From: the human T2T-CHM13v2.0 reference genome, Homo sapiens
Length of the DNA: 64,000 nt
Direction: 5' to 3' (one strand)
Assembly: GCF_009914755.1 (NCBI RefSeq)
Contig: NC_060935.1
Part shown: piece by piece, positions 12,966-30,147 of the stretch
Numbering within the stretch: the stretch's first letter is position 1
How the letters are laid out: every line of letters begins with the position of its first letter
Translations under genes and position numbers: made by a program
Notes under the pieces: generated by a model
Databases searched by the model: none
Told to the model about the DNA's origin: nothing
The model's input: only the letters and a program-made list of their open reading frames with translations

Positions 12966-15900
12966 ATGAATTTACAAAATGGAACGAGCCTGATCTCTGA
13001 GTCACTACTTGAACAAAAGTTACTCAGGACAGCTGCTCTACCTGGATCTCCATAAGTGAAAATAAACTGATTAATCTAAACCACAGAGTGGGTGGATTGA
13101 GAAATGTGGAGAGAGTGTCCAACAGTAGTTACAGAGTATGTGAAAATCAATTAACTTGAAAATTATAGCAAAATTGCTGGAGCCCTGGTTAAATAATTCA
13201 CAGTCATACTTTCCCTGGTTGAATTGTACTTAGCTGTCCAGATGCAGTTATTGAGAGGCAGATGGACGAATTCATCAAGATTTGTGAATCTGCTAGATGA
13301 ATGATACAGGAAGAGAAATGAGAAAAGAGGAAAACAGTGAAGTACAAAACAGTTTTTAAAATAGTCTATATTTCAGTTGAAAACAAATATATTTCCTGAT
13401 TTCTATACGTTTCTTCAGATGCCTCTGCCATTCCATATATTACGTTTGTAGGAAAGTCACAGAGAAAAGCGAAAATTTACTTTATAAAACTTACTTGGTG
13501 TCATTTGATATTTGAGAGATCAATACATCATTCTGTTAATTTTTAATTTGTTTAAAATTTAAAAAATATATTTTAGAAGAACGTATTTTAAATATAAATG
13601 CAAATACATAAGTATTGGTCTGCCTGATCAATAACAAATTTCAGGAGTTTGTTAAAGCTCTGGAATATTGTTTTCAGGTTTGTGATTATACATTTTCTTT
13701 GTTTGATTTGAATGTATTTTAGTTTTTGCTACATATCTTACTTTGAATTGATTTTAATTAAACTGCATGGGATAATTTATATCATGCCAATAATTTACAT
13801 TAAATAATATTAAAATACAGTTAAAACAGAAGTACTTTATTTGACAGATGTGATAACCTCAGGAATATTTAATTTTAAGTCCCATATCAATATTACAGAT
13901 ACTGTACACAGGAGTTGAAATTTCAGTCATTTCTGTGAACCAGTTGGAAGGTCATTTTTCTTTAGTCATGAGGAAAAGTTATGAAGCAAAGCTGTCACAA
14001 AGTGTTTCATCAGCCCTTCAGCCCACAGACCGAAGAGTGGGAATTTTCATTATGTATAATGCAAGGCAGCTAACCCTACTTATTGCACTGAATTTCAATG
14101 CATATTCAATTCAACGAGAAGGAATTCAGAAACATTATATGCTTTTCTTATGGCCGTAGAGCATACCAATATCAATTCAAAGCAATGATCATATTATGAG
14201 TTGGTAGTATATTGTGCATGTTTATAGGTAAGATTTCCATTACAGAAGGCATTCATAAAGGAGGTTTTCAACAAATTTATTACAAAGAAAACATCCTCCA
14301 TGACTATTAAAATGAAATGCTCATCAAAAACTCTGCTAACTGTAGTGATATTAAGATGTCTGACCCTTTAAAAATCAATCATTTTGCCAGCAATAGTTGG
14401 CACATGTAATGATGTATTGCTATTTATATTTAATTTCTGGACAAAGATTAGAGTTCCTCATAGTTATTCTACATTTCAAGTATCAGGAGTACAACACTTG
14501 TTTTGGTGACACAAAAATTAGCAAGCTAGTAAAATCTTTATAAGACCAAGTGCCAAAAAATCTTTTAAAGGTATTGGTTGAAATTTTGACTTAATATGGA
14601 TAGGGACTTGCCTATTCTTCTTACCATTGGTTTCCCAATGCTTAACCACGTATTGGACATATAGGATGGTCTTTAAAATATTTGTGAATAAAAATAGAGC
14701 TAAATTGTACATCACATAATAATTTTCAAGAGCTCAGTTACCTATATTGATAAAAAGAATAATAATTATTAAAAGCATATATCCTGAATATGTAATACCT
14801 TGTATTTTGAATTAATAAATTCATTTAATGTCTCAGTCAACAGTTAAGTATGATCTAATTTCAGATTTTCTTCCCTATGTGTGTTACATACTCATTGCCT
14901 AATTTATCCACTTTAAAGAAATTATTGAGGTTACTTGTTTTCAAATCATTATTGCTTTTATCACTGAGCTTTTGTGAATTCTTTCTCTTTTTTTTCTAGG
15001 ACTGTAGGAGTACAGTATAGACAGAAGAAAACGGGTTGTTTTATATCTGTTAGCTGTAACAAATGATTGTTTCAGAATCTTGTTCACCACTAAACATCAG
15101 TGTGCTTTAATCACCCTGATTATAACCTTTCATCTGCTATTCCAGGAACTCCTAGAATTCTATCACATAGTGAAAAATGTCTGTAATTTGTGAGGCTAGT
15201 TTGTGCCAGATATTGTGCTAGGCACTTTGTGTACATTATCTTTAATCCTCACAACATCTCTGCAAAGTAATTATTTTTGTTCCAGTTTTTATTTAAAAAC
15301 AATGAGTGTGCTGCCCACGATCCTCTAGCTGCTAAGTGATGGAACTGAAACCCTTGTTTGTTGCCTGAGTCCAGAGCCTCTTAATAACTAGTGTCTCCCA
15401 CTTTTGTTCTAGGTAGTGATTTTGGCTCTTTCTCATAAGCAGCTCTTTATGTCTTAAGTTGAATTCCTCTGAGAGCCTGCCCCATCTTAGGGGCATCTCT
15501 GAAACAGAAGGATGATTGACTAGCCATCCCCATGTTGGGTTGATCTTTCTCCAATACAAGGAACGCCTGGCAGGATCTATTTTGACAGTGTAGTTATTTC
15601 TACTTGGGATTTTGCCACTGATAAATCTGGCTTGCGTAAAATTCTCAACCAGCTTGGCCAACTTTCTCCTTCTGCCAGACCAGGTCTGTGGGTTACAAGT
15701 AGCTCCATGATGCTATTTAATGTATTAAAAATCATAAATAGTTTGGGTTTTAATTATGTGGTGGCTAACACCAGTAATGAGAGGGAGATTGGTGTTATGG
15801 AATATGATGTAATGAGATGAAGTACTTTAAGATCTAAATGACCTTGCAAGTATCAGACCCTTTATTCTCCAATGATATCAAAGAGAATTTTTTTGTATAT

Positions 15901-15994
15901 TTATTTTGGTTTTTAGTAATCTGAAATATTATAAATACTTGTGATAACTAATAAAAAATAGAGGCACAAATATAACAGGGACGTGTAAATATTA

Positions 15995-16072
15995 GCTGAG
16001 TTTCAGTGAGCCGAGATCATGCCACTGCATTCCAGCCTGGGCAACAGAGTGAGACTCTGTCACAAAAAAAAA
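15995..16072 (+). mobile_element. Alu 3' fragment
   Basis: cagtgagccgagatcatgccactgcattccagcctgggcaacagagtgagactctgtc followed by an A tail. Confidence 0.85.
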
Positions 16073-16622
16073 GCCATAGTTCTTCTCTCGAAATACTTTC
16101 TTGCTAGCTTTTTTGATACAAGTGAACATTTTCTTGAGAGTGGTGTCTTTCTGCATTCATAACTTAAAACTATAAAATTTTATTATTTACTCATAATTTA
16201 TATTTTAAAGTAATCCAAGCACATTTTTCTTTTAAATCAGTGCTTAAAGTCTTAAAATGAAGAATATTTGTCCTCTTCACCAAATTTTCATCCTTCAAAT
16301 CCTTCTTCTGAAGCAAGTTCTATTAACTCCTATTAGTTTCTTCTAGTAACTTTCTCTAAGTAAAATGCTTGTCTTGTTTCTTGATTTATCAATTTTATGA
16401 TCATTTTCTGTTTTCTACCTACAATAGTTGAAGATTAAATTCTTGCATCTGTACATTTTGTGTTAGATTTATTGTATTACTGGACTCAATTTTTACACCT
16501 TGCTATGTTCACACCCTTTAAAAGTATCTTCCCAAACTTAGTCTGAGGTTTGCCATATGGGTTTGCTTTTACACTGACACTTTGGCAGAACTGATGCAAG
16601 GAGAGGCTTCAAAAAGCATTAG

Positions 16623-17055
<433 letters not shown>

Positions 17056-17483
17056 TTATTCCTTAGCTAAGCTGACAGCTGACTGAATACACTTGAGTAA
17101 ATCCAGTTGGTATTAACAGAATTAGCCAACCTGTGAACTCATAAAAAAAAATGTTTTTAGCTACGTTTTAGAGTAAAATACGTTGCCTTTTTTCACTTTC
17201 CAAATATGGTTGTATTGTATTATCTATTCTACCAATCTCCTTCCTCTCTCCCCATCTTTTTTATTTTTTGTTTTGAGCACTCTTGCTCATGCTCTAAGTG
17301 AAATTGTTGTTTTCTAGACACGCATTTCATCCTGAGGCTTCTACTTGCTGCTCTTCTGGGTTGAATATGCTGCCATTATCTGGAATGACTTTTTAATTTT
17401 GGTTAACTCTCTTGTTTTGCAGGACATATTCCACAACTCAATCCAAGAAAGTGTGGATGTGAAGTATATATTCTGAGTGCTTA

Positions 17484-17797
<314 letters not shown>

Positions 17798-18263
17798 CTG
17801 AAATTACCTTTATTATATATTCAACTCATTTGATATATTGATATCCTAAATGGAAAATTATTTTTCCTAAAAAATTTGACAGCATTTATCCTATGTCTTT
17901 TAGCATACATGTAGCTATTTAGAAGCTACATGTAGCTATTATTCTTAGTCTCATTTATTTGTATATAACCTGTCCTCCAACCGTCTGGATGCACTTAGGA
18001 TCCTTTTCTGTGGATTTCTTCATTGTAACATGAAATAATGAACTCAGCAGCAAATAATAAAGTGAGCTTATTTAGGATGATGTTTGGAAAGCTAGATCTA
18101 TCCACAGATAAAAGTAAAACTGGATTGAGGTTAACACTGTAGGCCAAAGTAGAATCTAGGTGAATAAAAAACCAAAATATGAAAGGTAAAAATATAAAGC
18201 TAATAAATGAAAATATAGGAAAATACCTTTGCAGTCTGTGGAAACAACTTAAACAAAATTTCA

Positions 18264-19726
<1,463 letters not shown>

Positions 19727-21419
19727 AAAAGTTGAATTTGATCACATCAAAATAAGAAATTTTTGTTCACTAAATAATGCCACAAAGTTAATAGATGATA
19801 CATATGGATAGCAAATGTGTGATGTCTAAAATGAAATCAGAGATAGATAGAACTTGACTTTCATTTTTTTTCACGTTCTTGAGATTGTTAGTGTTTTTTT
19901 AAAGAGACAAATATATTTTTACTTTTTGTCAGCTTCATGAAAATCACATTTTTATAAAATGTTAGTAAATGTTATAAACAATTTTAGTAAATATTTAATG
20001 ATCATCAATTACATACTAGGCATGATGACAGAGTCTGTGAATATAACAATGAACAAAACAAGCATAAACCTTGGCTTCCTGAAGATTATATAATAAATTG
20101 TCTCTACCTAGTTTTGGGAGGTTTGTTTGGAAGCTAGAAATTCTTGATTAGCAAGTAGCAGGGACAAGAGCCAGCAAATCTATGGTTATATAGATAGGAG
20201 TCTTAGTTCTCTTTCTTGACTTAAATCCCCCCATTTTATTCTAGGTCATAATATTAGATAATAGAATCAATAGACAGAACTTATTTCAAATAAATTTAAA
20301 CTAAAAAAAATGCATTCAGAGCCAGTGGGTAGACTAAACTGTGGTACCTTGAAGGGTCAAACATGATGACTTTTTTTTTTTTTTTACAGGAGATAGATTT
20401 TTAAAGACCGAAATTCTAGTGTATAATATCATAAATAATGTCATAACAATGATACTTTTAGAATAAGAAAATGAATCAGGAATTATAATAATTCTCTTCA
20501 TATACTGTACTTAGCAGTCCATTTGGCACTATCTCCTTTATACTTTGGTGCTGCATTTGATGACTGAGATAGACACAAGGAATAGCAGTGCTGTGTAATA
20601 AGGGACAAGACCAAAGTATACTTTTAGCTTTGTTTTCTTAGGTAATCACTATAATATACCTGGGACTAATTTAGATAAATTTATTCCTACACATACATAT
20701 ATCTATAAACCAAGTGGTAAAACCTCAGGGCCTCTCACCTCAAGGACATCTCTATAATGTAGGAAGAATAAAAAATGTGACTTTGTGAGTCAGATTTCTT
20801 TTTTTTCTATCTGATCTTTATTTTGCCGTGAAATATCATTTTCATGTAATATCCCATGTGATATTAGACAACCTTTTAAGTACAAATTGGACTGCTTAGA
20901 TAAGTCTTTCTTCATGTTCTTTTCTCAGAAAAAAATGTGGAGTGATTTGCAGGAGTTAGGGGGGTTAGGGAGCACAACACAGAAAATAAAATTATATCTT
21001 TAATTAAGTGGTTGGCACTTAAATCCCATAAAATTCACTAAAATACTGAATGTTGGAAGCAAGAAAGTTCTTTAATGTAGGAGGAAATGTCATTTACCAA
21101 GGTACTCTATGTGATTATGTTACTATACTTCAAGAACCGGGGAAGCGGGATGAATTTAGCCATAAATTCATTAGTTAACTCTCTCTATTGCTAGAGAGAA
21201 GACCTTGACAAAATATACTTCTGCAGACAGCCCAGCTCACAAATAGTACAGTAACAAGATTCTGAGTTTGCTCCTTGAAAACTCAAGGCTTGAGTTTTTA
21301 CTGTTATCCTTGTCACCTGGTAAAAAATATTTTAAGATAACCTCTAAAATACACATAATGATCCAAACTAGATTAGCAAATACTTGATCCTTAATAAATA
21401 ATGCTCTTAAACTCACCAT

Positions 21420-21945
<526 letters not shown>

Positions 21946-22026
21946 CTACTCACTATTTAGTTCCACAGTATCTCCCCAGGTAGAAATCAGTGTCTATATA
22001 CTCTCCTGAACTGCTGAAAATCATTC

Positions 22027-22059
<33 letters not shown>

Positions 22060-22715
22060 GAAAAGAAACAAATCTTGTTAAGATTAGTAGTATGTTGATG
22101 CCTCATTACTTATTTTCACTCTGGGTTAGTGTCAAAGAAATGTAATGACATTGTGATCACATGTTCTCCTTGAAAAGAGAATTTCCTCCTTTATTCTCTT
22201 CCTCTCTCCTTTTTCTTGCCTCACCAATTCCCTTCTTTATTTTTATATTCCATTAGCTTTGCTAAAAGTGCATAAAATCCCATTTCATTACATTATGTTT
22301 TCATTTGTGTAAAATGCTGATCATACTGAAGATACTGTATTATTTAATTTTAAAAACAAAATGACTATACGTGTTATGAACTAAATAGTCTAAATGTATT
22401 TTTCTTCTTAATTCTCTATGACAGATTTTTTCAAGTGTATAATATTTAAATCAGTTAAACATTATCCTGAGGCCCCCTGTAGGCCAATAGTGTTCCTCCT
22501 CTTATAACCTTTCTTGAACTTCTCGTTTTTACAGTGTTTGTATATTTTGAAACAATATGTATTATTTATATGTTATAATATTTATGTATAGAAACAGTAG
22601 TATTAACTTAATTATAATTTTGATTAGGAAACTTTTATAGCAATAATAATTATACTTCATTTCTAATTTCTGTTTGACCATAACATAGTGTTAACAGAAT
22701 ATATTTTAAAAAAAA

Positions 22716-25700
22716 TTTTTAACTTTTAAGTTCCAGGGTACACGGGCAGGATATACAGGTTTGTTACACAGGTAAACATGTATCATGGTGGTTCGCTACA
22801 CAGATCATCCCATCATGCAGATGTTAAGCCTAGTATACATTAGCTATTCTTTCTGATGCTCTTTTTCCTCCCACCCCCGACCCTCTGACAGGCCCCAGTA
22901 TGAGTTGTTCCCTCATGTGTCCATGTGTTCTCATCATTTAGCTCCCACTTATAAGTGAGAATATGCAGTATTTGGTTTTCTGTTCCTGCATTGGTTTGCT
23001 GAGGATAATGGCTTCCAGCTCCATACATGTCCCTGCAAAGGAAATGATCTTGTTCATTTTTATGGCTATGTAGAATTCCATCACATATATTTACCACATT
23101 TTCTTTATCCAGTCTATCATTGATGGGCATTTAGATTCATTCCATGTCTTTGCTACTGTGAATAGTGCTGGAGTGAACGCACACATGCATGTATATGTAT
23201 AATAGGACCATTTCTATTCCTTTGGGTATATACCCAGTAATGGGATTGCTATGTCAAGTGGTATTTCGGCCTCTAGGTCTTTGAGGAATCACCACACTGT
23301 CTTCTACAATGGTTGAACTAATTTACATTCCCACCAACACTGTAAAAGCTTTCTTAATTCTCCACTCCCACCAACAGTGTAAAAGCACTTTTTCTTCACA
23401 ACCTTGCCAGAATCTATTGTTTTTTATTTTTTTGACGTTTTAAATAATAGCTGTTCTGACTGGTGTGAGATGGTATCTTACTGTGGATTTTATTTGCATT
23501 TCTGATCAATGATGTTGAATTTTTTTATATATGTTTGTTGGCTGCATGTATGTCTTCTTTTGAGAAGTGTCTGTTCATGTCCTTTGCCCACTTTTAAATG
23601 GATTTTTTTTGTGTGTAAATTTAAGTTCCTTTTAGATGCTGGATTAGACCTTGTCAGATGCATAGTTTGCAAAAATTTTCTCCCATTCTGTAGGTTGTCT
23701 GTATATTCTGTTGATAGTTTCTTTTGTTGTGCAGAAGCTCTTTAGTTTAATTAGATCCTGATCCTGTTTCTCAATTTTTTTTTTTTTTTTTTGCAATTGT
23801 TTTGGGCATCTTTGTCATGAAATACTTGCTTGTGTCTACATCCTACAGGGCGTTGCCTGGATTTTCTTCTAGGGTTTTTACAGTTTTAGGATTTACATTT
23901 AAGTCTTTGATCCATTTTGAGTTGATCTTTGTATATGATGTAAGGAAGGGGTCCATTTCAATTTTCTGCATATGGCTATCCAGTTCTCCCAGCTCCATTT
24001 ATTAAATAGGCAATCATTTCTGCATTGCTTATTTTTGTCAGGTTTGTCAAAGATCAGATGGTTGTAGGTGTGCAGTCTTATTTCTGGGTTCTTACTCTGT
24101 TCCATTGATCTACATGTCTGTTCTTGTACCAGTACCATGATGCTTTGGTTACCATAGCCTTGTAGTATAGTTTGAAGTTGGGTAGCTTGATGCCTCCAGC
24201 TTTGTTCTTTTTGGTTAGGATTGCCTTGGCTCTTTGTGCTCTTTTTTGGTTTCATATGAATTTAAATGTTTTTTTTTTTTCTAATTCTGTGTAGAATGCC
24301 AATAGTAGTTTAATAGGAGTGGCATTGAATCTATAAATTGCTTTTGGGGCAGTATGGCCATTTTCACAATATTGATTCTTCCTATTCATGAGCATGGAAT
24401 GTTTTTCCATTTGTTTATATCATCTCTGATTTCTTTCAGCAGTGGTTTGTAGTTCTCCTTGAAGATGTCCTTCACTTCCCTTGTTAGCTGTATTCCTAAG
24501 TATTTTATTCTTTTTGTGGTAATTGTGAATGAGAGTTCATTCATAATTTGGCTCTTGGCTTTCCTGTTGTTGGGTATAGGAATGCTAGTGATTTTTGCAC
24601 ATTTATTTTGTATCCTGATACATTGCTGAAGTCGCCTATCAACTTAAGAAGCTTTTGGGCTGAGGCAATGGGATTTTCTAGATACAGGATCATGTTTCTG
24701 CAAACAAAGATAGTTAGACTTTCTCTATTCCAATTCCATTACCCTTTATTTCTTTCTCTTGCTTGATTGCCATGGTGAAACTTCCAATACTGTGTTGAGT
24801 AAGAGTGGTGAGAGAGGGCATCTTTGTCTTGTGCTGATTTTCAAGGGGAATTCTTCCAGCTTTTGCCCATTCAGTATGATATTGGCTGTGGGTTTGTCAT
24901 ATATGGCTGTTATTATTATGAGGTATGTTCTTTCAATACCTAGTTTAGTGAGAGTTTTAACCTGAAGGGATGTTGAATTTTATTGAAGGCCTTTTCTGCA
25001 TTTATTGGAAGAATCATGTGGTTTTTGTTTTTAGTTTTGATTATGTGATAAATCATATTTATTGTTTTGCATATGTTGAACCAACCTCACATCCTAGGGA
25101 TGAAGCCTATTTGGTCACAGTGGATAAGATTTTGATGTGCTTCTAGCATTGGTTTGCCAGTATTTTATTGAGATTTTTGCATCAGTATTCACCAAGGATA
25201 TTGGCCTGTAGTTTTCTGTTTGTGTGTCTTCACCAGGTTTTGGTATCTGCATGATGCTCGCCTCATAGATTGAGTTAGGGAGAAGTTCCTCCTTTTCAAT
25301 TTTTTGGGAATAGTTTCAGAAGGAATAGTAGCAGCTCTTCTTTGTACCTCTGGTAGAATTCAGCTGTGAATCCTTCTGGTCCTGGGCTTTTTTTGGTTGG
25401 TAGGCTATTTATTACTGCCTAAAATTCAGAACTCATTATCAGTCTATTCAGGGATTCAATTTCTTCCTGGTTCAGTCTAGGGTGGGTGTGTGTGCCCGGG
25501 AATCATCCATTTCTTCTAGACGTTCTAGTTTATGTGCTTAGAGGTGTTTATGGTATTCTTTTATGGTGGTTTCTATCTCTGTGGGGTCAGTGGTGATATC
25601 GCCCTTAGCATTTCTTATTGTGTGCATTTGAATCTTTTTTATTCTTTATTGGTCTAGCTAGTGTTGTATCTATTTTGTTTTACTTATCAAAAAACAGCTC

Positions 25701-28700
25701 CTGGATTCATCGGTATTTTGAAGGGCTTTTCATGTCTCTATCTCCTTCATACTATTATGTAATGCCCTTCTTTGTCTTTTTAAATCTTTATTGGTTTAAA
25801 GCCTGTTTTGTTAGAAACTAGGATTGTAACTTCTGCTTTTCTTTGTTTCCCATTTGCTTGGTAAATTTTTCTCATCCCTTTATTTTGAGTGTATGTGTTT
25901 CTTTGCATGTGAGATTGGTCTCTTGAAGATGGCATACCAATGGTTCCTAGTTCTTCATGCAGCTTGCCACTCTGTGTCTTTTAATTGGAGCATTTAGCCT
26001 ATTTACATTTAAGGTTAGTATTGCTATGGGTGGATTTGATCCTGCCATCATAATGCTAGCTGGTTATTTTGCAGACTTGTTTATATGGTTGCTTCATAGT
26101 GTCACTGTGTACTTCAGTGTGTTTTTGAAGTGGCTGGTAACAGTTTTTCCTTTCCATATTTAGTGCTTCCTTTGAGAGCTCTTGCAAGGCAAGTCTGGTG
26201 ATAATGAATTCCATCAGCATTTGCTTGTCTGAAATGGATCTTATTTCTCCTTCACTTATGAAGCTCAGTTTGGCTGGATATGAAATTTTTAGTTTGAAAT
26301 TCTTTTCTTTAAGAATGTTGAATATTGGTCCCTAATCTCTTCTGGCTTATAGGGTTTCTGCTGAGAGGTCTGCTGTTAGTCTGATGGGCTTCCCTTTGTA
26401 GGTTACCTGGCCTTTCTCTCTAGTTGCCCTTAACATTCTCCCCTTCATTTCAACCTTGGAGAATCTGATTATGTGTCTTGCAGATAATCTTCTCATGGAG
26501 TATCTTACTGGGGTTCTCTGCATTTCCTAAGTTTGAATATTGGCCTATCTTGTTAGGTTGGGGAAGTTCACCTGGATGATATCTTGAAGTGTTTTCCAAC
26601 TTGGTTCCATTCTCTCTGTCTCTTTCAGGTACCCCAATCAGTTGTAGATTTGGTCTCTTTACATAATCCCATAGTTCTTGGAGGTTTTATTCATTCATTT
26701 TTATTTTTTTTCTCTGTTCTTGACTGCTTGTGTTTTTTCAGAAAGACAGTCTTCAAGCTTTGAGATTGTTTCCTCTGCTTGGTCTATTTGCCTAGTCTTC
26801 CACTATTGGAACGCTAAGCTTGTAGGAGATATTTATGTCCATTCTACCACTCAAGGTCATCACAAGGTCTGATTTTTCACATAAAAAATTTGCAACCTCT
26901 GCCATAAATGGGTTAATACTTGTGATTGCATTGTGAAGTTACTGTAGTGTATTTTTCAGCTCTAACAGGTTGGTTATGCTCTTCTCTAAACTGGCTATTT
27001 CAGCTGTCAGCTCCCATATTATTTTTTCATGATTCTTAGCTTCTTTGCATTGGGTTACAGCATGCTCCTTAGCTCAGGAAAGTTCATTATTACCAACCTT
27101 CTAAAGCCTACTGTCATTTCATCCATCTCAGCCTCAGTCCTGTTCTGAGCTTTTGCTGGAGAGGTGTTGGGGTCATTTTGAAGAAAAGGGGCACTCCGGC
27201 TTTTTGAGTTTTTGGCATTTTTGCATTGATTCTTTCTCATGTTTGTGGGCTTATCTACCTTCAGTCTTCAAGGCTGCTGACCTTTACATGTTTTTGTGTG
27301 TGTGTGGGTTTTGTTGTTGTTGTTATTGTTGTTGTTGTTGTTTTCTGTTTCTTTCGGGTTTTTTTAACAGGTCATTCTTCCATGGGGCTGCTGTGGTATG
27401 CTGGGGGAGCCACTCCAGACCCTAGTTGGCTCATGTTTTCCCCATCCTGGGAGGTATCACCAGTGAAAGCTGCAAAACAGCAAAAATGGCAGCCTGACCC
27501 TTCCTCTGGAGGCTCTGTCCCAACGGGTTACTGACATATTGCTGGCCCTAATGTGCCTGTAGGAGGTGGCTGGAGAATCCGGTTGGGAGATCCTTCTCCC
27601 AGTCAGGAGGAACGGGATCAGGGACCCACTTAAAGAAAGAGTCTGGCTGCTTTTTAGTAGAGCGGCTGTGTTGTGTTGGGTATCCCTTCAGGCCCCAGTT
27701 GGTTTGGGCTCTCCAATGCCCACAAGCTGGACTGGCTGAGAAGCCCAAAAGGCCAAGGTGGTGGCCTGCCCCACCCCTCAGGCACTTCATCCCAGGGAGA
27801 AATTAGAGCTCTGTTGGCCCATAGAACATAGGCGGGGCTGGCTGGAGGTCTGTCTTCGAGGACCTGGCTGGGAGGATCCAATTTACCAGGAGGAGTGGAT
27901 TGAGGTGCTGCTTAAAGAAGTAATCTGGCCACGCCTCGACAAAACAGCTGTATCATGTTGGGGAACAACATTTGCCCCTGTCAGCTTGGACTCTCCAAAG
28001 CTTGCAGGCTGGAAGGGCTGAGTCATCCAACCAACCCAGGTGGTAGCCCTCCTTCCTTTAGGCACTTCATCCCATGGAGAGGTCAGAGCTCTGTCCTTAA
28101 CATGTGTGGGCAGGCAGGCATGGCTGACCTCCTAGCCTAGCTAGGAGGTCTCACCCAGTGATCAGGCCCAGCTTAAAGAAGCAGTTTGGCCATGATCTGG
28201 CAAAGCAGCTGTGCTATGCTGCTGGGGGGACCCTTCCTCATCCAGACTGTTTGGGCTCTCCAAAGCCCACAAGCTAGAATGGCTGAATTGACCAAACAGC
28301 AGAGATGGTGCCTGCCCCTCCCCATGGGGGCTCCATCCAATTTCAGGCAGGCTACACCCTGTTGCTGGTGGCTGGTTGGAATTCCAAGCCAGGGGGTTTT
28401 ATCTGGTGAATTGCAGTGGAAGTGGGGCCTGCAGAATGATGCTGCCCAGCTCCCTGGATTCTGTCCACCTTCCTAGGAGTATGTGTAGACCTCCCATTGC
28501 CTGAGTTGCAGACATGTTTTTTGGGGATCCCAGGGCTGAAGTATGTAAAGTTCCTGGGTCTTTGTACCTGCCTGAGCATCTGTTCTGCCAAGACTTCACA
28601 CTGCTCTATGTGTCTGCCCCATAGTCCTGGTGGCATGGGATCACAAGGGGATCTCCTTATCCATGGGTTGCAAAGATCCGTGGAAGAAGCGTGGATTCCT

Positions 28701-28959
28701 CCCACGGTCCCACAATTACTTACCACTTCCCTTGGCTGGAGGTGGGGGTTCCCTTGGCTCCACCTTGCTCCTGTGTGGGCCTTCGCCCCACCTTGCTTTT
28801 CTTCGTTTTCTGTGGGTTGAGTTGTTTCCCTAATCACTCTTTATGCAAGAACCTCAATATTTCAGTTGAAGGTGCTATATGCACTTACTCCTTTTCATTC
28901 CTTTCTGTGAGTGCCACAGACTGCAGCTGCTTCTAACTGGCCATCTTGGCCCCTCCCCC
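22716..28959 (-). mobile_element. Near full-length old primate L1 (about L1PA8-PA13), ORFs disrupted, ~0.74-kb ORF2 deletion at ~25750
   Basis: 3'UTR, ORF2 and ORF1 remnants (MRKNQCKNAKNSKS) present; 5' terminus ggccatcttggcccctccccc containing the YY1 motif. Confidence 0.9.
26786..26912. mobile_element. MER85 (piggyBac/PGBD3-derived MITE) with damaged left TIR
   Basis: tgcctagtcttccactattggaacgctaagcttg...ctcaaggtcatcacaaggtctgat...gcaacctctgccataaatggg followed by a TTAA target site (26913-26916). Confidence 0.85.
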
Positions 28960-30147
28960 AGTAGTCTTTTTCTAGAGTACATATTTATACTGCATTATAA
29001 ATTAACTTTATTGTAACAGGCCATATAAAGCTCCAGTTTCTGTTCTAACAAAAAATGCCAATTATGCTCATGTGTTTATGCTTGAAGTTTTAATTGTAAC
29101 ACTATACTATCTCTCAGGGTAATCATAAGATATGTGGTCTCCATTATTTTCACAGGCAATCATAAGGTATGTAGATTCCATTCTTTTCCCCTTCTCTGGC
29201 TCCATTCTGTCCTGCCCACAGATCATTAATATTTACATTGAGTCTCACACTTCCTAAGGGGGCCATTTCATCCAGGCTTCTTAATTTATTCTTTCCACTT
29301 CTACTTATTCTCCCCTTGTATTCTTATTACTGGTATTGCTGGCATATTTTTTTCAGCTAGCTTGGGTGCAGACTTCAACAGACAGAATAAGAATATTAAA
29401 TGGAACCTCAGAAAATCAGCAGTTAAACATAAAAAATACTTGAAGCCTATGAAATGAAGGTTGTACTAATGGATTTCTATGATTCTATGATAATGATAAA
29501 TATATTTTTGCTAAAACATAGAGTCAAACATATTTTACATCTTTCGCCTTGAAGTTGCCAAAACCTTTGGGCCATCAGAATTTGATCTGTAGGTACTCTA
29601 AAATTCTAAAATAAGAGATATGTTTGAACTTTGTGAATTTTCCCTAGTTAAGCCCTTATTAAATTGTATCAGGCAGTCTCATTGCCTGATATTTCTCGAT
29701 GAGTCAATTTTGGGGATTAAAACACTGGAGATGAGTGTTAACATTTTAAAGATATTATGCATTTATTCTCATTTAATTTGACAAAGGTTTATTGGATGTT
29801 TACTCTATGACTCTGGTTTCAATTGTTCTCTAGTCTATGTGGCCTGACACTTTTCCATACTCAACTAGAGAGCAGAACACAGCTCCATTAACTGGGATTT
29901 TCTATAAGAAATTTATCCCGTTGATACTTATGTTTGCGGAAGTTTAGACTAAAATTGAAGGCTCTTAAGAAGGCTCACATTTCACAGCATGTAGCATTTA
30001 TTTTGAGATGGAACTATTAGACAAAGCACTGTTCCATCTTCTTCTTCCTCTGCCTACTGGAGGATTTCTTCTCCACCACCCATCCTGCCACACTATACTA
30101 CCCTTCCTGATTCTACCCTTAAAGACTGCAGTTCATCTGTGAATTTT

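Noticed and set aside
27055-28936. Cluster of overlapping 60-160 aa ORFs
   Set aside because: These come from the GC-rich L1 5'UTR and ORF1 remnants, where stop codons are rare; no recognisable domains.
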